Source: a virus
Lineage: Duplodnaviria; Caudoviricetes
Strand: one strand, 5' to 3'
IMG/VR virus record: IMGVR_UViG_3300011113_000733
Coordinates: 1-28,959 of that record
DNA: 28,959 nucleotides
Within the stretch, counting starts at the first letter, position 1, and each line of letters begins with the position of its first letter. Under the pieces are notes generated by a model, which ran no database searches, was not told the DNA's origin, and saw nothing but the letters and a program-made list of their open reading frames with translations. The position numbers were made by a program, and so were the translations under genes. Of this stretch, positions 18,244 to 27,883 are shown piece by piece.

Positions 18244-19106
18244 GTTGACATTTCCTCTTTTAATTTCTCTAAAGTCATGTGGAACATAATTGATTCATCA
18301 TTCAAAGCTTTGTTTGAATCTTCATTTAACAATGAAAGAACTTTTGTTAATTTATTATGAACTTCTTTATCAAGATCTCTGCCGTTCTCTAAAGTCTTTT
18401 TAATAACAACTTCGGATGTCTTTCTTATATTCTCTAACAAAGATTTTAATCTTTGTTCTGTATCTTGATTTCTTTCAGACAAAACATATAGTTTTATTAT
18501 TTGCTGTTGTTGTAAGTTTAAAACTTTTGCAAATTTTGCATTTGTTTTTTCCGTCATTATTTTTAAAACTAAACCATCAATGTCTTCATTGGTCATTTCC
18601 AATGCATCAGTTTTTTGCATTGGTTTATGCTTTTCTAGAAGCATGTTACCAAGAATGGTATCTTCTAATTGAGCAATCTCTGTTAATGTTCCTCGAAATC
18701 CAATACCGCGCCAAGAATTCATCAAAATTTGAACATTTGCATATTCTTTATAATTTGGAATCTCTCGATCAAAAAATCTTGGATCTTTTAAATGCATGTT
18801 GATTGCATTTATTAACCTTGATTTCTCTTCATCTAAAACTTTTTGATTCTGTTTCTTACAATGCTTCTTTACGTTCTCCATTAGAGAACAACAAATTTCT
18901 TTGTTTTTCAAAGAAGAATTATATAACGCATTAAACATGGACAACTCTTTATAAATCTCTGTTTTAGGATTTACATATTCTGTCCAAATATTTTTAGCTT
19001 TTTCTATATCTTTGTAACGCTTTTCTACTAGAGCATTAGCAATATATCTTGAAAAAAACTCACTCAACAAACCAATATTTCTTTTTTTATTATGTCTAAA
19101 CGGCAT
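18240..19106 (-). CDS. Conserved hypothetical protein between portal and protease
   Basis: 288 aa starting HNKKRNIGLLSEF; ATGA-coupled to the protease; ATAATTA at 19148-19154. Confidence 0.8.
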   Translation of the reverse strand: MPFRHNKKRNIGLLSEFFSRYIANALVEKRYKDIEKAKNIWTEYVNPKTEIYKELSMFNALYNSSLKNKEICCSLMENVKKHCKKQNQKVLDEEKSRLINAINMHLKDPRFFDREIPNYKEYANVQILMNSWRGIGFRGTLTEIAQLEDTILGNMLLEKHKPMQKTDALEMTNEDIDGLVLKIMTEKTNAKFAKVLNLQQQQIIKLYVLSERNQDTEQRLKSLLENIRKTSEVVIKKTLENGRDLDKEVHNKLTKVLSLLNEDSNKALNDESIMFHMTLEKLKEEMST

Positions 19107-19170
19107 TGAACATCACCCATATTGCAAAAACAGGTCAAGGTTAAATTTAATTATTATTTCAAAAGCAGAA

Positions 19171-22100
19171 TTAATCTAATGTAGACAAATCTATTTCAGA
19201 AATATTAACTTTTTTTTCATCAGAAGAAGAATCTTCAGTTCCACCAACAGACTCAATTAATAACTCATCCTCATCCATCTTAATTTCGATCTGTTCATTC
19301 TCTTCTCGAATTATTTTAGCTTTCATTCGATTTTGCTCTAAGAAAAGCTTTAAATTATTTAATGTGGCAATAAAATCTCGTGGAATTGTTTTGTTTACAT
19401 TTAAACCAAGCTGTTCCTCAAGTATTTTTTCTAGTAACGGATTATCTAAAAACTTTTTATCATAGATATCGGTAAGAGAAACATTCTTTCGATCAAACAT
19501 TGCACCAAAATCTGGCATCTCTAGATTAGAACGTCCACCAGCTCCAACTCTTCGTTCTCGATTCTTTTCAGCTCGTTTAACAAATGGAGTTGCTTGTACT
19601 GGAGGACTTGTTCCATTAACATTTGGATAGGCAAATGTTTTTTCTTCTTGATCTTTTTTATAATTCTGAACTTCAGAATAATCATCCATCTTCTGGAAGA
19701 AATCATCCTCTCCCGAAGCTGCTTTTCTAGAAACATCTCCTCCCTTCATCTGATAGTTTGAATTATCAAATGGACTTACAGTTCTAGCTGGTCCAGGATC
19801 TGGATTTGCAGAAACTGCAATAGATTCAAGCTCAACTTCTCTCACCTTGTCTTGTCTTCTGCCTTGCTCGATATTCATTAACTCATCATCAGACAATTCA
19901 ATAATGTTCTTTTGGATCCAAAGTTCATCAACAAGTTTTGTTTCTTTTGCTTTGGCAGCAATATCAAATTTTGAAGCAAGATTTTCAAGCTTCTGCAAAA
20001 GAGCAATTGTAGAAGGATTTGCTAATTTAAGATTAAAATCTAATAAATCTTCTTCATTAAAGCCCTTGGCATAAAGATGAATCATTGCTAATTTGTTTAG
20101 TTCTGCAATAGCAATCTTTTGTAAAGCAATAATAGTTCTGGAGAAACGAACATCTTGTTGAGCAAGAGATGCTTTGGCAGACATTCCTTCTGTGAAGTTC
20201 AAATAAGGTTTCGGAACTTGAATAGCTGCAAATAATTTCTTTTGAAGATATTCTACGTCCTCTGTAGCTGTAGCATTTTGTCCACCAGCAAGGGTTTCAA
20301 TCTTTGTTCCAGTTTGTCCACCACGAACAGGAATGAAATAGTCGTCGTCAACAGATAATGGATTATAGCGTTGATCAACTCTACCATCTGTTCTGCTCAC
20401 AACATCTCTAGCACGTAATGTTTGCTTTGCTTGCTCCATATATGAAGGAATATCATTAGGAGCAATATTACCAACGTCGATATAAAATACACGACGTTCT
20501 GGAGAACGAACAACACGATAAACTAACATGCTGTCTTCCATCATGATTAGCTGACGCCAAATTCTTCTAGCAGGCTCAAGGACAGAAGTTCCATATGGCA
20601 AGAACATGTCGTTACCTAATATACGCATGTGAGTTACTTGCCAATTTTCAAGATATCTATTTCCTCTTGTAAGCCATTTGAAACGCACAGCATACGGATC
20701 ATTAGGATCCCAGCCTTCTTCTCTTTCAAGTTCGTTTACACGAATAGGTTGAACGTTTACAACTCCAATATCTGGAATAACTTCATTGTAAAGAAAGAGA
20801 TCTCCGTATTTGACCAAGTTACGAATCCATGGACGAAGATTAAATTCTATATTTAAAATATCATAAAAAAGCTCATCAAGGGATTTTTTAATTTGAGGAT
20901 TACTGCTTAATATATGAAACGTTTTTCCTCGCTCATCTCCTGTTGTGCATTCATCTGCATAAATGTTTAATGCTGCTGCAATCTCGGGAGTATTATGAGA
21001 AATAACGCTATCAGTAGCAAAGTTTTTATATCCATCTACTGTTAAATCATATAATGGAATTAATCCATAATATTCAACACTTACAACCTTGTGGTTTTCA
21101 TAATTGTTAGCAAAATCTGACCAGGAATTAAATCCTTCATCTTTTAATCGATTAGTAATTGGAGTTATTGAACATCCAAGACGCTCTGCTAAAGTTTCTT
21201 GAGAAATACCTTTTTCGAAGTTAGAACAAATACGATTAAAAGTTATGCTTGAATTAAATCTTGGATTTTTATTTCCAGCATTATTCCAACTATCACTTCT
21301 CCAACCTGGCTGATATGCACGAGCAAACATAACAAAATTATCAAATCCTTTTGCTCTTAATTTTCTCTTAATAACATTTGGATCAGTGTCAAATGCTTTG
21401 CAAACATGAGAGATGTTAAAAGAATTATCCAAGCACCAATTTAATATTCTATCAAAAGTAATATCTTTACGTTCAGCAGGATTATTTTTTGTCATCCAAT
21501 CTGAATGACGTTTTTTAAATTCGGTGATCCATTCTTGATTGTTAACATTCCATTTTTTTTCATTGTTTAATATAGAATGATAAGAAGCATGTTCTGTTTC
21601 TGTCATGATTTGTAAATTTTCAGGACGATTATCAAATTTGACAAAGTTACGATGATGAACGACCTCATCTTCTTGAAGTTTTCTTCCAGCAATCCAAGAA
21701 GCAATTAAACGATGTTCCGAAATCCAACCATTATTCATGGTAGAATCGGATTTATTCATTGTATAAATCCAGCGATATCCTTCTCCTTCGTCAGATTTAG
21801 CTGATGATAGTAAATCTTTTCGGTAAAATGGCATCATCGCATCACCAGGTTTCAGATCTCCGATTTCAGAATAAGTTCCATCTCGTTTTAAAAGCCTATG
21901 ATTGGCTGTACCAATAATTTCTTTACCAGAATCAAAAACAACACGATAAGCATGATCAATTCTTGTTTGTCGAGCTTGCTTACCAATTGCAGGAACAATT
22001 TGTTTTTTATTATGATCATAAGAATAAACAATGAATTCTTTTTCAAGACCATATTCATCTGCAAGTTCCTTAATGGTTTTATACCCTCCAGGAACCGCAA

Positions 22101-22365
22101 TTCTAGTATCCCCAATAAGACAATACTCCATTTCTGCGAACTCAGCGTAACGGCTCATTCTATCTAATAAACCATATGCACCAAGAACAGAAAATGGAGA
22201 TGATTCTCGTCCAAATGGGAATGGAGCACGGTATCCGTAATTACCACGGATAATGTCGTTATCAAAATAGTTGTTATAGTTATAACCTTTTACTTTCCTC
22301 TGGATTGCGGGTCCAGAGCGAAATAATCTGGTTAAACGATTGAAAAAATTATCATTTCTTGCCAA
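19171..22365 (-). CDS. Portal protein, T4 gp20-like, intein-containing (687 aa after splicing)
   Basis: PEIAAALNIYADE, MEDSMLVYRVVRSPERRVFYIDVGN, DDYFIPVRGG, IETLAGG, DVEYLQKKLF; TTG start with GGAG SD. Confidence 0.95.
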   Translation of the reverse strand: MARNDNFFNRLTRLFRSGPAIQRKVKGYNYNNYFDNDIIRGNYGYRAPFPFGRESSPFSVLGAYGLLDRMSRYAEFAEMEYCLIGDTRIAVPGGYKTIKELADEYGLEKEFIVYSYDHNKKQIVPAIGKQARQTRIDHAYRVVFDSGKEIIGTANHRLLKRDGTYSEIGDLKPGDAMMPFYRKDLLSSAKSDEGEGYRWIYTMNKSDSTMNNGWISEHRLIASWIAGRKLQEDEVVHHRNFVKFDNRPENLQIMTETEHASYHSILNNEKKWNVNNQEWITEFKKRHSDWMTKNNPAERKDITFDRILNWCLDNSFNISHVCKAFDTDPNVIKRKLRAKGFDNFVMFARAYQPGWRSDSWNNAGNKNPRFNSSITFNRICSNFEKGISQETLAERLGCSITPITNRLKDEGFNSWSDFANNYENHKVVSVEYYGLIPLYDLTVDGYKNFATDSVISHNTPEIAAALNIYADECTTGDERGKTFHILSSNPQIKKSLDELFYDILNIEFNLRPWIRNLVKYGDLFLYNEVIPDIGVVNVQPIRVNELEREEGWDPNDPYAVRFKWLTRGNRYLENWQVTHMRILGNDMFLPYGTSVLEPARRIWRQLIMMEDSMLVYRVVRSPERRVFYIDVGNIAPNDIPSYMEQAKQTLRARDVVSRTDGRVDQRYNPLSVDDDYFIPVRGGQTGTKIETLAGGQNATATEDVEYLQKKLFAAIQVPKPYLNFTEGMSAKASLAQQDVRFSRTIIALQKIAIAELNKLAMIHLYAKGFNEEDLLDFNLKLANPSTIALLQKLENLASKFDIAAKAKETKLVDELWIQKNIIELSDDELMNIEQGRRQDKVREVELESIAVSANPDPGPARTVSPFDNSNYQMKGGDVSRKAASGEDDFFQKMDDYSEVQNYKKDQEEKTFAYPNVNGTSPPVQATPFVKRAEKNRERRVGAGGRSNLEMPDFGAMFDRKNVSLTDIYDKKFLDNPLLEKILEEQLGLNVNKTIPRDFIATLNNLKLFLEQNRMKAKIIREENEQIEIKMDEDELLIESVGGTEDSSSDEKKVNISEIDLSTLD
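20992..22122 (-). mobile_element. Intein (377 aa, residues 82-458) with an HNH homing endonuclease
   Basis: CLIGDTRI start; GTANHRL block B; LYDLTVDGYKNFATDSVISHN end with Thr+1; EHRLIA...VHHRNFVKFDNRPENL...EHASYH HNH motif. Confidence 0.95.
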
Positions 22366-22388
22366 GAGTCAACTCCAATTAACATCTT

Positions 22389-22395
22389 TAATTAT
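22389..22395 (-). promoter_or_regulatory. Candidate late promoter motif ATAATTA
   Basis: 23 nt upstream of the portal start codon. Confidence 0.55.
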
Positions 22396-22468
22396 TTTTA
22401 GAAAACGGTAGAGTGTTCAAATAAAATAAATATCATCATTTCTTTCGAACAATCATTCCTGTAAATAT

Positions 22469-22828
22469 ATGGGTAGCCTTCCACTAAATATAAAATTAAC
22501 AGAAACTGATATTCAATATGTTGATTATGTTATTGAATATGTAGGTACCTTTTCGAATGATTGGTTCACAATTAAAAAAGAAATTATTAATTGTTATCCC
22601 AGAGAACAAAGAATTAAATTTTCCAGAAGACATTATTCTACGAAATTATTTTTTATTAATGACTTTGAAAAAGAAATAATAAAATACTGGAAAGAAAGAA
22701 CTGGTGTCGAATTATTTATAGATGACAAAAAATTACATCCAACATCTTGGAAACGAAATCCTAAAGGTTGGGGATTACTTATTTATAATGAAAAACGTAA
22801 AAATACAAAAAAGAAAAGTACTAAATGA
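22469..22828 (+). CDS. Hypothetical protein
   Basis: 119-aa ORF filling the gap; no SD; overlaps the next ORF. Confidence 0.55.
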   Translation: MGSLPLNIKLTETDIQYVDYVIEYVGTFSNDWFTIKKEIINCYPREQRIKFSRRHYSTKLFFINDFEKEIIKYWKERTGVELFIDDKKLHPTSWKRNPKGWGLLIYNEKRKNTKKKSTK

Positions 22829-24170
22829 GCTAATACAAGAAATTGTTGACCAACAAGTTGAAATAATGCTTTTGGAATATGCTTCTGGCAGTGAAGGAGC
22901 ATTGTATGGTGTATTTGTTAAACCTTTTATAGATACGGCGAATGTAATCAGATCAGAAGTTGAGAAAACTGGAGCTAGTTTAATTGGAAAAACAGCTAGT
23001 GGATTATTAGGCGCAATCGGAACTTTACTTCCAATGTTTGATAAAATTCCTTTTACAGAAAAAACATGGGATCAAGCAATGGAAGGAATTAAACAATATA
23101 CCAATGCAGCTATAAAAGGTATAGATGGCAAATATGCAGATTCTTATAAAGCAATTGCCGGTTCATTTAAAAATCCAGATATTGCTTTTGCTGCTTTTGC
23201 ATTTAATCCAGGTCTTTATCTCGGTTCTGCATTAGCAGCAAATACTATAGGTGTAACTTTATCTACAGCTTCATCAATGCTTGGAACATCTGGAAATTTT
23301 TCAAGGGCTTACAGTAATCTCCTAAGTCAAATTGGCATCTTTACTCCAGGGTTTACTCCACAGGGCGGCGGCGTATCAGTAGACATGGGCATGGGAGGCG
23401 ATAGCGGAATGTACGAAAATAATTCGTATAAAAAATTAAAAAACGCCATCTCTTTTTTGGTAGAATTTCAACTATATCAAGAAGAAGCTAAAATAAATGA
23501 TCCAGTTTATAAAGCTGCTAGCGAAAAATATAAGGAATTGATAAAACAAATTCAAAAAAATGGTTTTTTATTAGACAAAACAGTTTCAAATGATGTTTGG
23601 AAAAATGTTTATTCTAAAACAAAAAATAATGAAGCTATAGTAATAGATAAATGGATTTCAGAACTAAAAGATTTAAATCCAGAAAAAATAATCGGAAATA
23701 AAGAACAATTTATAAACACAATAAATGCTAGTCCGAAAACAGGAAATATTATAGGCAAATCAATCGATAGTTTTGTTAAAAAATTAACAGAATTAGTTTC
23801 CAAATCTCAATCATTAGATGGATATCCACCAACAATAGAAAAATTTTTTGAAGAAGTTGATAAATCAAAAAACGAAGAAATAAAAAATAAAGCAATAGAA
23901 TTTTTAAATCAAAAACAAATTAAACTTACTGGAACCTTTAAGGAAACATATGATTCTCTTGAAGAAAAAGAAAAAAACGAACTTAAAGAAGAATATCCAA
24001 AAATTCGAAATATAGCAGAAACAAAAAAGAAAGAAATACCTTCAAATATTGAAAAAGTTGTTGAATCAGAATTTTCCAAACTTGAAATTGATGGAATACC
24101 TATTGTAAACCAAGAAACAAAAGATGAAATTATTAATCGTATTAAAGCTAGCTTAACTTCTGGGCAATAG
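22722..24170 (+). CDS. Hypothetical protein, possible internal virion protein (start may be ATG 22788)
   Basis: 482 aa; LIQEIV...LLE leader, hydrophobic Gly/Ala-rich N-terminal half, charged helical C-terminal half; TTATTTATA precedes both candidate ATGs. Confidence 0.75.
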   Translation: MTKNYIQHLGNEILKVGDYLFIMKNVKIQKRKVLNELIQEIVDQQVEIMLLEYASGSEGALYGVFVKPFIDTANVIRSEVEKTGASLIGKTASGLLGAIGTLLPMFDKIPFTEKTWDQAMEGIKQYTNAAIKGIDGKYADSYKAIAGSFKNPDIAFAAFAFNPGLYLGSALAANTIGVTLSTASSMLGTSGNFSRAYSNLLSQIGIFTPGFTPQGGGVSVDMGMGGDSGMYENNSYKKLKNAISFLVEFQLYQEEAKINDPVYKAASEKYKELIKQIQKNGFLLDKTVSNDVWKNVYSKTKNNEAIVIDKWISELKDLNPEKIIGNKEQFINTINASPKTGNIIGKSIDSFVKKLTELVSKSQSLDGYPPTIEKFFEEVDKSKNEEIKNKAIEFLNQKQIKLTGTFKETYDSLEEKEKNELKEEYPKIRNIAETKKKEIPSNIEKVVESEFSKLEIDGIPIVNQETKDEIINRIKASLTSGQ

Positions 24171-24238
24171 ACTTAATAATAAAAATATTCATCCATTTAT
24201 TGTAAGCGGCACTATTCTGTGTGTAAGAGGAATTGCAC

Positions 24239-24502
24239 ATGGAATCAGCAGATAGACAACCAAGCGAATTAAATGAACTTAAATCTCTTGTTGGGGAATT
24301 TCTTGAGAGATTTAAAAATATTGAAAATGAAATAGATCTTCTCAAAGAAGATCAAAAGCAACTTGTGGAAGAGTTTAGTGATAGATTAGATATGAAAACT
24401 CTACAAGCTGCTATGCGTACTGTAAAAATCAAAAAGAAAGTAGCATATAAGGACACATTTGATACATTTGTTGAAATTCTCTCTGAAAAGGAGAATATCT
24501 GA
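24239..24502 (+). CDS. GapR/DUF2312-like small DNA-binding protein
   Basis: EFLERFKNIENEIDLLKEDQKQLVEE...LDMKTLQAAMR pattern; ATG 24239 follows a GAGGA SD. Confidence 0.6.
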   Translation: MESADRQPSELNELKSLVGEFLERFKNIENEIDLLKEDQKQLVEEFSDRLDMKTLQAAMRTVKIKKKVAYKDTFDTFVEILSEKENI

Positions 24503-24503
24503 A

Positions 24504-24938
24504 ATGAGTTCAAAGTCCGATAAAAACAAATTTGAAATGCCAGTCATCCTTTATGAAGATACCAAGGATGGCGCATATTCCTTTCCTTATATGGAAATTC
24601 AAAAAGATAAAGTAATGCCACCTGTGTTATTCCTATTTGAATATAAAATCACAGGCGAAACAGAACCAAATGAAGCTGGAGAAGAAGTTCCTGTTGTTGA
24701 TCAAATCCCACATAAATTTGTAGATATGGAACATCTTAAAGCGGTATTAGACCCAGAAACAAATGATAAAGTTCGTGTTGCTATCGGACTTAAGCCTCTT
24801 AAAGAAGCTCAAGCTCTTGGTAAACCAATCATAGAAAAAGTCCTTTCCAAAGTATCTTCAATGAGAAAAGATGCAAAGGAAAAAGGCGAAGAAACTAAAA
24901 AAGAATTTACTTTAAACAAATTAAAGAAAGGAAGCTGA
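24504..24938 (+). CDS. Hypothetical protein
   Basis: ORF track 24459; ATG 24504 preferred (AAGGAG upstream, directly after the previous stop). Confidence 0.75.
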   Translation: MSSKSDKNKFEMPVILYEDTKDGAYSFPYMEIQKDKVMPPVLFLFEYKITGETEPNEAGEEVPVVDQIPHKFVDMEHLKAVLDPETNDKVRVAIGLKPLKEAQALGKPIIEKVLSKVSSMRKDAKEKGEETKKEFTLNKLKKGS

Positions 24939-24939
24939 A

Positions 24940-25131
24940 ATGAAATTTCATCCACTAGTAATAGAAAGACTTATTAATCTATATCAAAATTATGGAGGAC
25001 ATCCAGAAGAAAATAAATTAAGAGCACATCTTAATAATCTTGATTTCACGGTCTATGAAAGAAAGACTGGTCAACAGGATATGATTCTTGTCCTTACCGA
25101 AGATTACATGAAAAGCCTTCAACCAAAGTGA
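24940..25131 (+). CDS. Hypothetical protein
   Basis: 63 aa, tightly packed in the operon; AAGGAAG upstream. Confidence 0.65.
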   Translation: MKFHPLVIERLINLYQNYGGHPEENKLRAHLNNLDFTVYERKTGQQDMILVLTEDYMKSLQPK

Positions 25132-25152
25132 TAGCTAATAAAGGGAAATGAA

Positions 25153-25761
25153 ATGAGTGATAAACCTTCATTGTCTATAGGACAAATTGTATATATTTTA
25201 TCTGATAAAGCTCAATCAGTAGTTCCAGCTATTGTTGTCGAAGAAGTTATAGTAAAAAAACTTCAAGGCAATCAAATCTCTTGGAAAGTATCAATTGGTC
25301 CAAAAGATAATAATAGAATTGTTGACTCAAATAGAATTAATGGAGAACTCTTTCACTCATTAGAAGAAGTTCGCAATGTTTTAATGGAACGTTTTACAGA
25401 CTTTGTAAACAATCTATGTTCCGAAACAGAAAAACGAACAGAAACTTGGTACGGTAAACGACCTGAATTCCTTTCTAGCAATGATGAAGGAAAAATAGAT
25501 CCAGAAAACATTATCTCTTCAATAGAAGATAAAATGAATTCAAATTTACAAACTTCACAATCAAAGCCAAAAATAAATAAAGAAAAAAATGTTTTCTTTG
25601 CCAAAAGTCCTCAAGAAGAAGCTAGAGAACGTCTTAAAAGTATGCTTCAAGATGATGAAGATGAAATGGCAAATGATGACCCAACTACTGAAAAACAAGT
25701 AGTCAAAATGCCAGGACCAAATGGCAAGGATATGTTGGTTACTGTAAAAGTTCCTAGCTGA
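25153..25761 (+). CDS. Hypothetical protein
   Basis: 202 aa; beta-rich N-terminus (IGQIVYIL...VPAIVVEE); in an operon with groEL. Confidence 0.75.
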   Translation: MSDKPSLSIGQIVYILSDKAQSVVPAIVVEEVIVKKLQGNQISWKVSIGPKDNNRIVDSNRINGELFHSLEEVRNVLMERFTDFVNNLCSETEKRTETWYGKRPEFLSSNDEGKIDPENIISSIEDKMNSNLQTSQSKPKINKEKNVFFAKSPQEEARERLKSMLQDDEDEMANDDPTTEKQVVKMPGPNGKDMLVTVKVPS

Positions 25762-25768
25762 TATTGAT

Positions 25769-27526
25769 ATGCAAAATAATAAAACTCCCACAACACAAGT
25801 TGCAGATAAGCCCCCACATCAAGAAGTTGTCTTCATACCAGAAGCTCATAATGAGTTGTTAAAAGGTGCAACAATACTTGCTAATGCAGTTAAAAGCACA
25901 ATGGGTCCATCTGGTCATTCAGTTATTATTGATATGGAAACCGGTCCTCCTCTCATAACAAAAGACGGAGTAACCGTAGCTAAGTCTATCAATCTTAAAA
26001 ATAGACTTCAATCAATTGGTGCCGAACTCCTTAAAGAAGTTGCTTCTAAAACAAACGATCTTGCCGGAGATGGAACTACTACAGCTACAGTACTCGGTCA
26101 TGGTATGTTATCCGAAGGAATTAAAATGATTTCTACCGGTAGATCTTCCATTTCTTTGAAACGTGGAATGGATATCGGAACCGATATCGTTATTTCATAT
26201 CTTAAAGAAAAATCTATACCCGTATCATGCAAAGAAGATATTGTAAATGTAGGAACTATATCAGCTAATGGTGATCGTTCTATTGGTGAGCTTCTGGCAG
26301 AAGCTATTGAAAAAGTTGGTAGAGATGGAATAATAACCATTGAACCAGCTAAAAGTGTTCATACAAGCCTACAAATAGTTGAAGGTATGCAACTAGATAA
26401 TGGTTATGTATCTCCTTTCTTTATTACTAATGGAGACAAAGGAACATGTGAACTAGAGAATCCCTATATTCTTATGACGGCAAATAAAATATCTTCAATG
26501 CAAGATATAGTTCCAACATTAGAAATAGCACATAAGAATAATAGAAGCGTTTTAATTATAGCTGATGATATAGAAGGCGAAGCTCTACATACTCTTATTG
26601 TAAATAAAATGAAAGGTGTTCTCAAAGTTTGTGCCATCAAAGCTCCAAGTTATGGAGAACATAGAGCAGATATACTTTCTGATTTAACTACAGTCACTGG
26701 TGGACATGTCATCGGATCAACCACGGAATTTACTTTAAAGAATATTAAACAAGAACATTTTGGTAGTTGTAAAAAAATAATTGTCAGCAGAAACGCTACA
26801 ACAGTAGTTGGAAACAATACCGAAGAAACAAAACGTTCAATGGAAGAAAGAATAGTAAGCCTTCGCAATCTATTGGAAAATGATAAAACTTTAGATGCTC
26901 TTCATATTGACAAATATCGCAAAAGATTAGCAAGACTATCTGGTGGTATTGCTGTTATAAGAGTTGGCGGTTCAACTGAAGTAGAGATTTTAGAAAAGAA
27001 AGATAGAGTGGAGGATGCAGTAAATGCGACATTGGCCGCTACACAAGAAGGTATTGTTCCTGGGGGCGGCACTGCTCTTTTCTATGCTGCTCAACATCTT
27101 AGAGTCCTTAAAGCAGCTCTAAAAGAAAAAGACCCAGATGTTCTTGCAGGTATCGATATGATTGCCGAAGTCTGCGAACATCCATTAAATACAATAGTAA
27201 ATAATACCGGTGTCTCTCCAGAGGTAATCAAAGAAAGATTAAAACAAACACAAGCCGAACGAAAAGTTTTCTATATTGATGTTTCCAACACAAACAAGGA
27301 AGATATCCTAGATGCTATAGAAAATTTTAAAAACAAACCAACAGGCTCAGAAAAAGAAAAATTCCGCTTTGGTTATAATGCTGCCAAAGGAAACTATGGA
27401 GATCTTGTTGCAGAAGGCATCATCGATCCAGTTAAAGTCACAAGATACGCATTAGAACATGCTTGTAGCGTCGTTGGACTAATGCTTACATGTAATGCCG
27501 TTATCGTTAACGAAGAGGAGAATTGA
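25769..27526 (+). CDS. groEL: GroEL-like (group I) chaperonin
   Basis: TMGP, ITKDGVTVAKSI, AGDGTTTATVL, VEGMQLDNGY, KKDRVEDA, GIVPGGG, GIIDPVKV. Confidence 0.97.
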   Translation: MQNNKTPTTQVADKPPHQEVVFIPEAHNELLKGATILANAVKSTMGPSGHSVIIDMETGPPLITKDGVTVAKSINLKNRLQSIGAELLKEVASKTNDLAGDGTTTATVLGHGMLSEGIKMISTGRSSISLKRGMDIGTDIVISYLKEKSIPVSCKEDIVNVGTISANGDRSIGELLAEAIEKVGRDGIITIEPAKSVHTSLQIVEGMQLDNGYVSPFFITNGDKGTCELENPYILMTANKISSMQDIVPTLEIAHKNNRSVLIIADDIEGEALHTLIVNKMKGVLKVCAIKAPSYGEHRADILSDLTTVTGGHVIGSTTEFTLKNIKQEHFGSCKKIIVSRNATTVVGNNTEETKRSMEERIVSLRNLLENDKTLDALHIDKYRKRLARLSGGIAVIRVGGSTEVEILEKKDRVEDAVNATLAATQEGIVPGGGTALFYAAQHLRVLKAALKEKDPDVLAGIDMIAEVCEHPLNTIVNNTGVSPEVIKERLKQTQAERKVFYIDVSNTNKEDILDAIENFKNKPTGSEKEKFRFGYNAAKGNYGDLVAEGIIDPVKVTRYALEHACSVVGLMLTCNAVIVNEEEN

Positions 27527-27527
27527 T

Positions 27528-27878
27528 ATGAAAGGTGATAGAGTAAAAATTGTTTCTAGTTTAATGTTCGAAAATAAAGATGAAGTATTACCTGTATATG
27601 AACCAGTTTGGAATCCAGACGGCTCATTACAATTTGGTCATGATAATGCTTGCTCCTTAAATCGAATGGGTGGTGTTAAAAATGGAACTACTGGGATCAT
27701 AGAAGGAGATCCTATCAAAGTACATCGTAGTCAATTACTTCATCTCCAAAATACCGGAGCTTCCCTCGGTGGAAGAAGTGATTACATGGAAGTATTCCCA
27801 GTGTGGCTAGATTATTACCAACAACGTGGTTGGTTTCCAGCAGATCATTTAAGAGTAGTCGCTGGTGGAGTACGCTGA
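27528..27878 (+). CDS. Hypothetical protein (possibly SH3-like)
   Basis: ATG 27528 after GAGGAG; KGDRVKIV...RGWFPADHL pattern is reminiscent of SH3 folds. Confidence 0.65.
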   Translation: MKGDRVKIVSSLMFENKDEVLPVYEPVWNPDGSLQFGHDNACSLNRMGGVKNGTTGIIEGDPIKVHRSQLLHLQNTGASLGGRSDYMEVFPVWLDYYQQRGWFPADHLRVVAGGVR

Positions 27879-27883
27879 TCTAA

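Noticed and set aside
27528-27878. Gene after groEL as a GroES/gp31 co-chaperonin
   Set aside because: No PLxDRV or mobile-loop GGI-type motif is recognisable; a structure search would be needed to exclude a highly diverged one.
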